Assembly: GCA_047601445.1 (NCBI GenBank)
Contig: JASGJH010000001.1
Location: 8,576,001 to 8,640,000, forward strand
Direction of reading: 5' to 3'
DNA from: Myxococcales bacterium
Lineage (GTDB): Bacteria > Myxococcota_A > Polyangia > Polyangiales > DASUME01
DNA: 64,000 bases
Position numbers and translations under genes: made by a program. How positions within the stretch are numbered: the first letter of the stretch is position 1; each line of letters starts with the position of its first letter. Positions 1 to 10,366 of this stretch are shown here, in pieces. The notes beneath the pieces were generated by a model. It worked only from the letters and a program-made list of their open reading frames with translations. It was not told the DNA's origin and made no database searches.

Positions 1-1453
1 CGAACTTCTCCAGGGCCGGGACCACGTCCGCTGCCTTGCCGACCACCACCACCAGGTCTTGGCTCGGATGGATGTAGGCCTGGGCGGCGGCCAGGGTGGC
101 ACGGGAGTCGACCTTGCGGATGTTCGAGCGGAAGCTGTCCCAGTAGCCATCGGGCAAGCCGTACACGCGCAGGTCCGACACCAGCTCGGCGATGCGATCG
201 GCGGTCTCGATCTGCAGCGGGAACGAGTCGGCCAAGAAGCGATGGGCGTCCTCGAGTTCGGCCTGGGGCGGCGCCTCGCGTGTAATGCGATTGAGGTGCT
301 CGTAGAAGCCGTCCATGGCATCGCCCGTGACCTGGGTGCGCACCGCGGCGGAGGCACGGATGGAGCCGACGTCCACGGTCTCGTCCAGACGCGAGTAGGC
401 GCCATAGGTGAGGCTGCGCTTCTCGCGCAGGTCCATGAACAGGCGCGAGGCCGCCGAGCCGCCGAGCACCTGGTTGGCCACCATCAAGGGGATGAAGTTC
501 GGATCGTTGCGCTTGAGCGCCAGGTTGGCGATCACGATCTGCGACTGCACCGACGCGGGCCTGTCCACCACGATGATCTCGCGGCTCGTGCGTGAGGGCG
601 GCGCGGCGTACACCGGCTCCACGACGGTCTTCTTGGCCCACTTTCCGAACAGCTTCTCCGCCGAGGCCTTGACCTGCTCCGGCGTCACGTCGCCCACCAC
701 TACCAGGAACGCGTTGTTGGGCGCGAAGTGCGCGCCGTGGAACGCCACGAGGTCGGTGCGCTTGAGCTTCTTCACCGCCTTTTCGTTGGTGTCGATTCGC
801 GAGTAGGGGTGCTGTCCGTAGAGCGCCTTGCTGAGCTCACGACGGGCCAGCCACACCGGCTTGTCCATCTTCAGCGTGAGGTCATCGAGCGTGCGCTTCT
901 TGAGCTTGTCGAGCTCCTTCTGATCCAGCAGGGGCGTCAGCGCTGCCTCGGCCACCAGGGCGAGCGCGGCGTCGAAGTGCTCGCTCATGGAGTTCATGCT
1001 GATGCGCAGGGTCTCCTGGCCCGCGCCCGTGTTGAGGTGTGCGCCCAGGAACTCTACGGCCTCGGCGAACTGCGCCGAGCTCTTCTTCTTGGTGCCTTCC
1101 TTGAGCATGTCTGCGAGCAAGCTGGCCGTGCCCGGAAGCTCGGCGGGATCGCTCGCGCTGCCGCTCTGAATCACCAGCTCCATGCTCACGATGGGCAGCT
1201 GCGTCTGCCGCACCACCTCGAGCGTGAGGCCGTTCTCGAGCGCGACGTGGTGCACCTCGGGGAACGAGATGTCGCGCGCCACGGCCGACTTGGGCGGCGG
1301 CTGCCGTGCGGGCATGGCCGGTTCGACCGCAGCGGTGGCGTCGGGGGCAGGCGCGCTGGGCGTCGCCGGGGCGGGCTTGGGAGCGCTCGCACAGCTCGCG
1401 ACGAACAACAGGGCGCCGAGGCTCAAGCTGCCTTGGATCATGGGGGCTTTCAC
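1..1453 (-). CDS. M16 (pitrilysin/insulinase) family peptidase-like lipoprotein, non-catalytic partner subunit; runs off the window edge
   Basis: Not in the ORF track; read by hand. A GTG at 1453 overlaps the upstream stop (GTGA); an in-frame ATG lies at 1441. Translation: MIQGSLSLGALLFVASC (lipobox)...HHVALENGLTLEVV...PGTASLLADMLKEGT...LYGQHPY...FAPNNAFLVVVGD. M16 motifs are present without HxxEH. Confidence 0.85.
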   Translation of the reverse strand, partial: MKAPMIQGSLSLGALLFVASCASAPKPAPATPSAPAPDATAAVEPAMPARQPPPKSAVARDISFPEVHHVALENGLTLEVVRQTQLPIVSMELVIQSGSASDPAELPGTASLLADMLKEGTKKKSSAQFAEAVEFLGAHLNTGAGQETLRISMNSMSEHFDAALALVAEAALTPLLDQKELDKLKKRTLDDLTLKMDKPVWLARRELSKALYGQHPYSRIDTNEKAVKKLKRTDLVAFHGAHFAPNNAFLVVVGDVTPEQVKASAEKLFGKWAKKTVVEPVYAAPPSRTSREIIVVDRPASVQSQIVIANLALKRNDPNFIPLMVANQVLGGSAASRLFMDLREKRSLTYGAYSRLDETVDVGSIRASAAVRTQVTGDAMDGFYEHLNRITREAPPQAELEDAHRFLADSFPLQIETADRIAELVSDLRVYGLPDGYWDSFRSNIRKVDSRATLAAAQAYIHPSQDLVVVVGKAADVVPALEKF

Positions 1454-3006
1454 TTGGCGGCTCCTTGCGTCTTCTCGGGCTGGTTCGTGACCACGTCGAG
1501 TACGGTGCGGCTCTGCGGGGCGAAGTAGCGGCTGGCGACGCGCTTGATGTCTTCATTGGTGACCGCCAGGTAGCGGTCGAGCTCGGTGCGCAGGATCTCC
1601 GCGTTGCCGAAGTAGAGCTCGTACTGTCCGAGCACCAGGGCGCGCTCGAGCGAGGACGCCAGGCCGAACACGAACATGCTGCGCATGCGGTTCTTGGCCT
1701 TCTCGAGCTCGCGCGGGCTGAGGCCGCTCTTGGCGACCTTCTCGAACTCGCTGAAGATGACCTGACGGGCAAGCTTGGGGTCTTTACCCTCGGCCACCAC
1801 TGCCCAGAACGAGAACAGGTCGGGACCGCGGCGCGAGTCCGTGCCCACATTCAAGCTCGAGAGCAGCTCACGCCGCTTGATCAGCTCCTGATACAGGCGC
1901 GAGGACTCGCCATCGCCGAGCGCCATCGCCAGGATGTCGAGGGCGTAGTGGTCGGGATCGCGCGCAGGCGGGATGTGGTAAGCGATGTGGAAGCCCGGCA
2001 GCTGCGCCAGATCATCGACCATGGCCTCGCTGCGCTCCTCGGTCTGCGGATTGAGCGGACCGGGCTCGTAGGCCGGGCGCCCGCGAGCCGGGATGTTGCC
2101 GAAGTGCTTCTTCACCAGTGCGAGCGCCTCGTCGGGATCGAAGTCGCCCACCAGGGTCAACACCGCGTTGTTGGGCGCGTAGTATGCGTTGAAGAACTCC
2201 TGCACGGCCGACAGCGGCGCGTTCTCCAGGTCCTTCATGTCTCCAATGGTGGAGTGCGCATACGGCCAGTAGTCCTGGTACGCGAGCTCGTTGATGCGCA
2301 GCCAGCTCTTGGCGTAGGGCTGGTTGTCGTAGCTCTGCCGGCGCTCCTCCATCACGGTCTGCCGCTGGTTTTCGAAGTTGTCCTGGGTGATGGCCAGGGA
2401 CTTCATGCGGTCGGCCTCGAGCCAGAGCCCGAGCTCGAGCTCGTTGGAGGGCAACGTCTCGTAATAGTTCGTGCGGTCTTCGCTGGTGGTGCCGTTCATC
2501 TCGCCACCGCGGTTGAGGATGAGCTGGAAGTGCTCTCCCTTGCCCACGTTGGCCGAGCCCTGGAACATCATGTGCTCGAACAAGTGCGCGAAGCCGGAGC
2601 GTCCGCGGACCTCGTTGCGCGAGCCCACGTCGTAGTAGACCGCGATGCCGACCGTGGGGATGGTGCGGTCCGGGCTCAACACCACGCGGAGCCCATTTTC
2701 CAGCGTGTGCCGGATGATCGGCAGCGAGGCCAGGGTGCTGGGTGGCACGGTCGGCGCGGCTGGTGCCGCAGCAACCGTCGCGGGTTGGGCTGCAGGCGGC
2801 GCTGCAGGGGCCGCCGGTTGCGCGACGGGCGGCTCGGGGGCCTTGGGCGTCGCTGGCGCGGTGCGAGGTTGGGGCGGAGGTACGGCGGGTTGAACGGGCT
2901 TCGGCTCTTCAGCCTGGGCTTGCGAAACACTGCCTGAAGCCGCGGGCTGCGCGGCGCAGAGCGAAAGCGTGACGCCAAGCGTGGTGAAGAAGCGTTTGTT
3001 CATCAT
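1450..3006 (-). CDS. M16B family zinc peptidase (catalytic subunit), secreted
   Basis: GFAHLFEHMMF (HxxEH), NGTTSEDRTNYY, YYAPNNAVL; signal peptide and Pro/Ala-rich linker. Confidence 0.93.
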   Translation of the reverse strand: MMNKRFFTTLGVTLSLCAAQPAASGSVSQAQAEEPKPVQPAVPPPQPRTAPATPKAPEPPVAQPAAPAAPPAAQPATVAAAPAAPTVPPSTLASLPIIRHTLENGLRVVLSPDRTIPTVGIAVYYDVGSRNEVRGRSGFAHLFEHMMFQGSANVGKGEHFQLILNRGGEMNGTTSEDRTNYYETLPSNELELGLWLEADRMKSLAITQDNFENQRQTVMEERRQSYDNQPYAKSWLRINELAYQDYWPYAHSTIGDMKDLENAPLSAVQEFFNAYYAPNNAVLTLVGDFDPDEALALVKKHFGNIPARGRPAYEPGPLNPQTEERSEAMVDDLAQLPGFHIAYHIPPARDPDHYALDILAMALGDGESSRLYQELIKRRELLSSLNVGTDSRRGPDLFSFWAVVAEGKDPKLARQVIFSEFEKVAKSGLSPRELEKAKNRMRSMFVFGLASSLERALVLGQYELYFGNAEILRTELDRYLAVTNEDIKRVASRYFAPQSRTVLDVVTNQPEKTQGAAK

Positions 3007-3162
3007 GCATTGACCTCAGAACGTTGTGAGAGAGGCCGAGCGCGAATACCATGCTCTTCCGGCTCGGGCACCAAAACGCATCGAACTGGTGGGTGATTCC
3101 GCCTCCGCGGCGTCTCGCAGCGCAATCTTCGCGCACTGAACAGATGACCATAGGTAGCTCAG

Positions 3163-4407
3163 ATGACTGCGGCAGTCCTTTCGATCGGCACCGAGCTCAC
3201 GCGCGGCGAACTCGTCAACAGCAACGCGGCGTGGCTCGCTGAGCAGCTTACCGGGCTCGGCTTCGAGGTTCGCGATCATCTCACCGTCGACGACGACATC
3301 GACCGCATCGTCGAAGCACTCGCGCGTTTGAGCCGAGAGCACAGTGTGATCGTCTCCACCGGGGGACTGGGACCCACCACGGACGACCTCACCACGGAAG
3401 CCGTGGCCAAGGCGCTCGGCGTGCAGCTCGTGCGCGACAATGCCTCCTTCGAACGCATCGCGAAATTCTTCGCTTCGGTTGGTCGCACCATGGCCGCGAG
3501 CAACGCGAAGCAAGCGGACTTCCCCGAGGGCGCCAGCGTGCTGCTCAACGACCAGGGCACCGCACCGGGGTTTTCGATCGCCATCGGCAAGGCTCAGTTG
3601 TTCGTGATGCCCGGCGTGCCGCGCGAGATGAAGCACATCTTCCTCGAGCGCATCGTGCCGCGCATCGCCGGACTCGCGGAGCGCCGCAGCCACCAGATTC
3701 ATCTGAGGACCTTCGGCTTGCCCGAGTCGCAGCTCGGCGACGCGCTCACAGGCGTGGAATCCCAGTTCCCGGGACTCACCATCGGCTACCGAGCGGGCTT
3801 TCCGGAGATCGAGATCAAGCTACTCACGCGTGCCGAGAGTGCCCACGCTGCGGAAGCGTTGGCGGAGCGCGCGCGCGAGGAGGTCATGCGACGGGTCGGC
3901 GAGGTGGTGTTCGGCGATCGCGAGGACACCTTCGCCGGCGCAGTGGGAAGGACGCTGCGTGATCGCGGCCTCACGCTCGGCGTGGCCGAGTCGTGCACCG
4001 GCGGCATGGTGGGCTCCATGCTCACGAGCGTGCCCGGTTCGAGCGACTACTTGTTGCTCGACGCAGTGACGTATTCGAACGCGGCCAAAAGCAGTGTGCT
4101 CGGCGTGAGCGAGGAGATCTTGCGTGCGTACGGCGCGGTGAGCGAGGAGTGCGCCACGGCCATGGCGCGCGGCGTACTGCGCGTGTCGGGCGCCGATCTC
4201 GCCGTCGCGGTGACGGGCATCGCAGGGCCCGGTGGTGGCACCGACGAGAAGCCGGTGGGTACCGTCTGGATCGCCGCCGCCGGGAAGGGCGGCGCAGTGT
4301 TCGCGCGGCATTTCCGCATGTGGGGCGATCGCGAGCGTATCCGAACCTTGAGCGCGTACACCGCGTTGAAGATGGTGCAGCGACTGGCGGTGGGTCGCGA
4401 GCCCTAG
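3163..4407 (+). CDS. cinA: Competence/damage-inducible protein A (molybdopterin-binding-like domain plus PncC/NMN deamidase domain)
   Basis: IGTELTRGELVNSN, TGGLGPTTDDLT, MPGVPREM, AESCTGG, TGIAGPGGG...KPVGTV. Confidence 0.95.
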   Translation: MTAAVLSIGTELTRGELVNSNAAWLAEQLTGLGFEVRDHLTVDDDIDRIVEALARLSREHSVIVSTGGLGPTTDDLTTEAVAKALGVQLVRDNASFERIAKFFASVGRTMAASNAKQADFPEGASVLLNDQGTAPGFSIAIGKAQLFVMPGVPREMKHIFLERIVPRIAGLAERRSHQIHLRTFGLPESQLGDALTGVESQFPGLTIGYRAGFPEIEIKLLTRAESAHAAEALAERAREEVMRRVGEVVFGDREDTFAGAVGRTLRDRGLTLGVAESCTGGMVGSMLTSVPGSSDYLLLDAVTYSNAAKSSVLGVSEEILRAYGAVSEECATAMARGVLRVSGADLAVAVTGIAGPGGGTDEKPVGTVWIAAAGKGGAVFARHFRMWGDRERIRTLSAYTALKMVQRLAVGREP

Positions 4408-4710
4408 CAGGCAGCTGACCCAGTCAGCGGCCTGCTCCCGTGCCAGCCTCGCGCAGCGAGGCGAGCCCGTGCCCATGCCCGCGCCCGAACAGCCTCGGCG
4501 ATCGCTCGCAGCACGTTTGACCGATTTGAGCCGAAGCAACGCTCTGCGTCGGGGTGAGGAAGTATCGAAGCGGTCTCCGCGTAGTTGGGTCTGCGATGTG
4601 CAGCCGTTCGGGAACGCGACCTCGAGGGTGCGTCCAACTGCCATCGGCGACCTGATCCCCAAGTAGCGCGAACCCCCCCGCGCTTCGACAGACATAGCGG
4701 AGTAACGAAC

Positions 4711-5916
4711 GTGACGAATCGACATGGCGTTGTCGTCGGCGCACTCTTGTCCCTCGCGCTCGCCGGCTGCAGCGGCAGCGATACGGACGAGCTCGAATCC
4801 GAGCTAACCGGCCCGCGTGACGTCGACGCTGCCGTCGACGGTGGCAGCGCCGACGCCTCGCACAACGACGACGCAGCAGCCGACGCACGCCCACCCGAGC
4901 TATCCGCCGTCACCAGGCTGTCCAACGTGGATCCCGCTCAGGTCCCGCCGCCGCCCGCCTTCGATCTGCGCATCTCCCAGCAATGCAGCTTCGACAGCGA
5001 AGGCGGCCGCTTCGACTGTCCAGGCATCGACGATCACGACGGCGAGTTCGCGTTCTCCGTGGTGGAGCCGGGCGATGGCTCGCGCTACGGCGTGATCAGC
5101 GTGCGCTCCTTCCAGATCGAGATGGAAGGCGTGGTCTCGGTGCGCGGCGATCTTCCGCTGGTCATCGTCGCGCAGGACACCCTCAAGGTGTTTGGACGCA
5201 TCTCGGTGGCCTCCGACGGCAGCACCGCCTACGCGGGTGGTTTCGCGCCCAATGCCACAGGCGACCTAGGCAACGGACCCGGCGCAGGACAGCGCGGTTT
5301 GGTCGGGCAGTTCCGCCCCTCGAGCGGCGGCAGCTCTTGCGGCAGCGGAGGACGCGGCGCCACGCCGGACAACAGCCCCGGCATCGCCAGCGGCGCGGCC
5401 TACGGAAGTCCAGCACTCTCGCCCCTCGTGGGCGGGTCCAGCGGCGGTGGACCGAACGGTGGCGCGGGCGGCGGTGCCCTTCAGCTGGTGGCCGGCAATG
5501 AGCTTCGAGTCGGCCCCTTCGGTGTCGTGGATGCCGGCGGCGGCGGAGGCGGCAATACCTCCTCGGGTGCCGGCGCGGGCGGGGCGATCCTGCTCGAGGC
5601 GAAGGGCGTGATCGTCGACGGTATCCTGGCGGCCAACGGCGGAGGTGGCGGTGCGGCGCAAGGAGGCAGCGGTGGACAGGACGGCCGACCAGACGCCGTG
5701 GCGGCGGCGGGCGAGATCGCTTCCCTGGGCGGTCAGGGCAGTGCGGCCCAGCAAGCCAACGGCGGCGACGGCATGTTCATGACGCAAAATCAGGCGCTTG
5801 GCGGCGGTGGAGGGGCAGGTCGCATCCGTATCAATACGGCCGATGGCAATGCTCAGATCAGTGGAACGCTCTCGCCTGCACAGGTGACCGGATGCGCCAC
5901 CGTAGGGATCCTCTGA
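4711..5916 (+). CDS. Hypothetical glycine-rich lipoprotein
   Basis: GTG at 4711 with GGAG upstream; lipobox LAGC; repeated GGGGG/GAGGAI segments. Confidence 0.75.
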   Translation: MTNRHGVVVGALLSLALAGCSGSDTDELESELTGPRDVDAAVDGGSADASHNDDAAADARPPELSAVTRLSNVDPAQVPPPPAFDLRISQQCSFDSEGGRFDCPGIDDHDGEFAFSVVEPGDGSRYGVISVRSFQIEMEGVVSVRGDLPLVIVAQDTLKVFGRISVASDGSTAYAGGFAPNATGDLGNGPGAGQRGLVGQFRPSSGGSSCGSGGRGATPDNSPGIASGAAYGSPALSPLVGGSSGGGPNGGAGGGALQLVAGNELRVGPFGVVDAGGGGGGNTSSGAGAGGAILLEAKGVIVDGILAANGGGGGAAQGGSGGQDGRPDAVAAAGEIASLGGQGSAAQQANGGDGMFMTQNQALGGGGGAGRIRINTADGNAQISGTLSPAQVTGCATVGIL

Positions 5917-6060
5917 ATCGAAGCTCACCAAAGTGCGTCGCGCGTATGATTCAACCCAGGAGCGTCACCCTTGACGCAGTTGGTTCCCGGGTCGAACATC
6001 ACCCCTAATTCGCGCGCACCCGAGTGCGTGCCGAGCAGGCGGCCAGGAGGCACGCGATTC

Positions 6061-7089
6061 ATGCAACCAACCAGTCATCCGGATCAGCCAGTCAGGCATA
6101 GCTACCCACTCGCAGTATCCGATGCAGGCTTCAGCTCCTCGCTGAGCCTCTTACTCTCCACGCTGCCTTACGCGCTGGTGCGCTTCGGCATTCTGTTCGG
6201 TGTCAGCGTAGCCACCTTGATTTGGTATGGCGTGACCTTCGGCGGCGGCGCGTTCATCGGACAGCGCGTGCCGCTGCTCGGTTACGCCTGGATCTTCGGC
6301 GGCCTCGGCGTCTGGGGTTACCTGTACTGGTTCATCGTTCGCTACTTCCTCTATCTGCTCAAGGCCGGACACATCGCCGTGCTCACCGAGTTGATGACCC
6401 ACGGTCGCGTCAACAACGGTCAGGAGGGCATGTTTCAGTACGGCACCCGCGTGGTGAAGGAACGCTTCGGCGAGGTGAACGCGATGTTCGCCCTCGACGC
6501 TTTGGTTGCCGGCGTGGTGGGCGCCTTCAACCGCACCCTCAACTGGATCTCCAACCTGCTGCCGATCCCCGGCTTGAGCAGCCTCACGAACTTGGTCACG
6601 GCGGTCGTGCGAGCCGCCACCACGTATATCGACGAGACATTGTTCTCCTACAGCCTCGCCCGCGGCGACGAGAACAAGTGGCGCAGCGCGAAGGACGGAC
6701 TCATCTACTACGCGCAGAACAGCCAGGAGATCCTCAAGACCGGCGTCTGGATCGTGGTGCTCGACTGGGCTCTCACCTTCGTGGCCTGGGCGGTGTGTTT
6801 GGTGCCCGCAGGCGTGCTCGCTTGGCTCCTGCCGCCCGGCGGATTCGGCCAGTTCGGCGTGCTGCTGCTGGCTGCGCTGGCCGCCGCCAACCTGCGTTCG
6901 GCGTTCCTCAAGCCGCTCTTCCTGATCATGGTGATGGTCAAGTTCCACGTCTCCGTGCGCAACCAGCCGATCAACCTCGAGTGGGATCAAAAGCTCAGCA
7001 GCATCAGCGACAAGTTCGTCGAGCTAAAGTCGAAGATCTTTGAGGCTCCTACGGCGCCCAATCTGCCTGCTGTCTCTCCCTCTCCCTGA
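6061..7089 (+). CDS. Hypothetical multi-pass membrane protein
   Basis: GGAGG RBS before ATG 6061; several hydrophobic segments; strong GC3 codon bias. Confidence 0.8.
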   Translation: MQPTSHPDQPVRHSYPLAVSDAGFSSSLSLLLSTLPYALVRFGILFGVSVATLIWYGVTFGGGAFIGQRVPLLGYAWIFGGLGVWGYLYWFIVRYFLYLLKAGHIAVLTELMTHGRVNNGQEGMFQYGTRVVKERFGEVNAMFALDALVAGVVGAFNRTLNWISNLLPIPGLSSLTNLVTAVVRAATTYIDETLFSYSLARGDENKWRSAKDGLIYYAQNSQEILKTGVWIVVLDWALTFVAWAVCLVPAGVLAWLLPPGGFGQFGVLLLAALAAANLRSAFLKPLFLIMVMVKFHVSVRNQPINLEWDQKLSSISDKFVELKSKIFEAPTAPNLPAVSPSP

Positions 7090-7130
7090 ATCCTCCTACT
7101 CCACTTTCCCGACGTTCTCTTGAGAGAGAG

Positions 7131-7685
7131 CTAGTGGGAGAACTCAGAGAGATGGATGACGTACCAGCGGTCGTCCCACGTGATCAGCACCCGGACCTCG
7201 AGTTTGCGCTTCTGCTTGCCCACTCGGTAGTGCAGCCATGCGTGACGGGCCGCCCAGTAGGGAAGGTGATTGCCTTCTTCACCCGGCTTGACCCAACCGC
7301 CGCGCCGCGTGAGCTCGAGGCGCTCGAATTCGGCCTTGTCGAGGTCTGGCGTGTTGTGGTGTAGCGCGTGGATATCTTGGTCGAAGCGCGCGCGTAGTTT
7401 GTCCCAGTAGCGTTCGGGCTTCTGCATGGCTTTCACGAGCAGGAAGGCGTCGCGCGGGAAGAAGAACTCGGCGGCGCGTGCGGGCTCGTCGTGGACGATG
7501 GCGTCGAACAAGAGCTTGGCGTGGGCCTGGGCGGACTCTACCGGCGGGCGCGGCGGAACCTGCGCGAGGTCGGCGCGATTGCTGGCCGGTACGCCATCGT
7601 TGGCGGGCACTGCTTGCGCATGGACTTTGGTCAGGCCGAGCGAGAGGAGGAGGGCGATGAGCAGGGGCAATCCCATGAGTGCCAA
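7131..7685 (-). CDS. Hypothetical secreted protein
   Basis: Signal peptide ending VHA; directly downstream of the SGNH gene. The start may be the second Met. Confidence 0.7.
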   Translation of the reverse strand: MALMGLPLLIALLLSLGLTKVHAQAVPANDGVPASNRADLAQVPPRPPVESAQAHAKLLFDAIVHDEPARAAEFFFPRDAFLLVKAMQKPERYWDKLRARFDQDIHALHHNTPDLDKAEFERLELTRRGGWVKPGEEGNHLPYWAARHAWLHYRVGKQKRKLEVRVLITWDDRWYVIHLSEFSH

Positions 7686-7695
7686 GCTTTACCGA

Positions 7696-8802
7696 TCACC
7701 AGCCGAGTTGCAGTCGAATGTGTGTCGCGAGCTCGCGTCCCATGCGCGCGTGGGTCTTCTTGTTGGGGTGGTAATCGCAGCCGAGTCCTTCGTTCGGGTC
7801 GCTCCAAAACTCGATGGAACTCACGTGCGTGACACCGCTCTCGCGCGCGCCAGCGAGCACCTTGGCGATCCAGTTGCGGGCCAGGGTGCGCGCCATCGGC
7901 TGTGGATGGTCGTCGGCTAGCATCGGGCCTAGCGCCAACACGAGCGCTGCGTGGGCGTAGCGCGCGTGCAGCGCGGCGAGCAGCGAACGATAGGTCGAGA
8001 CGAACTCCCTCTCCTCAGGCAAGCCTTGGATGAAGTCGTTGGTGCCGAGGTTCACGACCACCACGTCTGCCTTGCCATCGTCCACATGGGAGGCTCCTCC
8101 TTCGGTGGGGATCGCGCGCGTCCAGAGCTTGGGCAGAGTAAGCGCCTCTCGTGTGTCGTAGTTGCGGGTCAGGCCCTTTCCGCTCCAGGCCGCCGCCAAG
8201 TAGTCGGCCAACAGTTCGCGGGCGGCGTGCGCGCCGTAGCTCTCGTAGTTGTTCTCCGTGCCAGCACTCCAGTGGCAGCTCTCGCTCTCGCCTTCGTTGC
8301 CGTAGCCCGCCGTGATGGAGTCGCCGAGGAAGACCAGGCGTCGCGTGCGCGCGACGGGCGGTCGCGTGGATGCCTCCGGAGCGCCTTCGACCACGAACGC
8401 GTGTAGCGTCACGACGCCCACCTCGGCCTCACTGCGTTTCCACAGGAGCGCGCGGTGCGGTCCCGGCGGGAGTCCTTTGGCGAGTTCGTAAACGCGCCTC
8501 CCCTCCGAGAGGGCCAACGTCCGAGGAGGACCGCCGTCGACGATCAGCGTCAACCAGTCGGTCTCGCGGGTCTCGTCTTCGATGGGGGTGTCCGTGAGCT
8601 GCACGCGCAGCCCGCTGCCCACGAAGGCGAGCTCCACCTGCGTGCCGGGCCAGGCGAAGCGAACGGCCTTGGGATCGCGGTGATCGAACCAACCCGTGTA
8701 GCGCAGGCTGGGATCGTCGGCGCTGACCGTGAGTTCCCTGGGGCCCCGCCGACACGCGAAGCAGAGGCAGCACATGGCGATCAGCAACATCCGCCCAAAC
8801 AC
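7696..8802 (-). CDS. SGNH/GDSL hydrolase (carbohydrate esterase CE2-like) lipoprotein
   Basis: FLGDSITAGYG, AWSGKG, NLGTND, DYHPN; N-terminal beta domain (FAWPG...KRSE). Confidence 0.9.
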   Translation of the reverse strand: MFGRMLLIAMCCLCFACRRGPRELTVSADDPSLRYTGWFDHRDPKAVRFAWPGTQVELAFVGSGLRVQLTDTPIEDETRETDWLTLIVDGGPPRTLALSEGRRVYELAKGLPPGPHRALLWKRSEAEVGVVTLHAFVVEGAPEASTRPPVARTRRLVFLGDSITAGYGNEGESESCHWSAGTENNYESYGAHAARELLADYLAAAWSGKGLTRNYDTREALTLPKLWTRAIPTEGGASHVDDGKADVVVVNLGTNDFIQGLPEEREFVSTYRSLLAALHARYAHAALVLALGPMLADDHPQPMARTLARNWIAKVLAGARESGVTHVSSIEFWSDPNEGLGCDYHPNKKTHARMGRELATHIRLQLGW

Positions 8803-9041
8803 CGGGCCAGCATATCAACTGCCCGGGCCTGGCACCCTTGCACCATCCCCGTCGGGGGACGCCGAGCGCCTCGCGAGCCCCTCGAGATCGCTATCCACAG
8901 CGCGTTCAGATCGCAGCGATCGTTTTGTTCAGGTGTCGCGAGGGACGCAGATAGCTCCGCAGGTCGTCTTTGTATGTTTCCGAAATTACTTGGTTAGTTT
9001 TGAGTGCTCCCGACCGGATCGAGGGGGCTCGCTGCCAAAAT

Positions 9042-9057
9042 GTGAACGCAAGTACTG
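9042..9057 (-). promoter_or_regulatory. Candidate LexA (SOS) box upstream of recA
   Basis: Minus strand CAGTACTTGCGTTCAC resembles the M. xanthus LexA consensus CTRHAMRYBYGTTCAGS with 3 mismatches; about 90 bp before recA. Confidence 0.35.
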
Positions 9058-9146
9058 TACAAACGAGCACGTGTCTTCCACACTCTGTCCTCACCACGAC
9101 GTCCGGCGCGCGGTAGAGCGCGTGAGCACAACACGAGGAACTGGGG

Positions 9147-10229
9147 ATGCAAAAAGACGCGAATCGCGAGAAGGCGCTCGAGCTCGCGCTCGGCACGATC
9201 GAGAAGCAGTACGGCAAGGGTGCCATCATGCGACTCGGCACCAGCGATCAAAAGGCCGACGTACCCGTGATTTCCACGGGCTCCACGTCCCTCGACATCT
9301 GCTTGGGCGTCGGCGGCTATCCCCGTGGCCGCATCATCGAGATCTTCGGTCCCGAGTCGAGCGGTAAGACGACCCTCACGCTGCACGCCATCGCCGAGTG
9401 TCAGCGTGCCGGCGGCATCGCGGCATTCATCGACGCAGAGCACGCGCTCGACATCAGCTACGCCAAGAAGCTCGGCGTGAACGCCGAGGAGCTCCTGGTT
9501 TCGCAGCCCGATCACGGTGAGCAGGCCCTCGAGATCGCCGACATGTTGGTGCGTTCGGGAGCCGTGGACCTGGTGATCGTGGACTCGGTGGCCGCCCTGG
9601 TGCCCAAGGCCGAAATCGAAGGCGAGATGGGCGACAGCCACGTGGGCCTGCAGGCGCGCTTGATGAGCCAGGCCCTGCGCAAGCTCACCGCCACGGTGCA
9701 CAAGTCCAACACCACGCTGGTCTTCATCAACCAGATCCGCATGAAGATCGGCGTGATGTTCGGCTCTCCCGAGACCACCACCGGTGGTAACGCGCTCAAG
9801 TTCTACTCCTCCATCCGCCTCGATATCCGCCGCGTGGGCTCCATCAAGGTGGGCGAAGACGTGATCGGCAACCGCACGCGCGTGAAGGTCGTGAAGAACA
9901 AGATGGCGCCGCCCTTCATGGCCTGCGAGTTCGACATCATGTTCGGCAAGGGCATCAGTCGTTCCGGCGACGTGATCGACCTCGCCACCGAACTCAAGCT
10001 CATCGACAAGTCGGGCGCTTGGTACAGCTACTCGGGCGAGCGCATCGGCCAGGGTCGCGACAACGCCAAGGTCTATCTCGAGGAGCATCCGCAGATGCTG
10101 GACGAGATCGAGCGCAAGGTGTTCGAGGCCAAGGGACTCACGCACGGTAAGCCCGCGCCCGCCCCTACACCCACTGAGGAGAAGCCCAACGGCGCTTCCA
10201 AGAAGGAAAAGCCGCGTCCGCAGGCGTGA
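9147..10229 (+). CDS. recA: Recombinase A
   Basis: GPESSGKT Walker [42 protein letters not shown]. Confidence 0.99.
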   Translation: MQKDANREKALELALGTIEKQYGKGAIMRLGTSDQKADVPVISTGSTSLDICLGVGGYPRGRIIEIFGPESSGKTTLTLHAIAECQRAGGIAAFIDAEHALDISYAKKLGVNAEELLVSQPDHGEQALEIADMLVRSGAVDLVIVDSVAALVPKAEIEGEMGDSHVGLQARLMSQALRKLTATVHKSNTTLVFINQIRMKIGVMFGSPETTTGGNALKFYSSIRLDIRRVGSIKVGEDVIGNRTRVKVVKNKMAPPFMACEFDIMFGKGISRSGDVIDLATELKLIDKSGAWYSYSGERIGQGRDNAKVYLEEHPQMLDEIERKVFEAKGLTHGKPAPAPTPTEEKPNGASKKEKPRPQA

Positions 10230-10366
10230 CCGCCCCTTCGAGGCGCCGCCAAGACGGCAGCGCCGAGTCCCGCCGCCAAGGCGGCTAGAAGGAGCCCGAG
10301 CCAGGCGCGAGATCATTCCGGCTAGGCTGCTCGCGCGGGCTCGGCTCGCGTGCTTGGTTTGAGGGA

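Noticed and set aside
4408..4710. 300-bp intergenic region after cinA examined for a riboswitch or sRNA
   Set aside because: Only short GC hairpins; no recognisable conserved motif.
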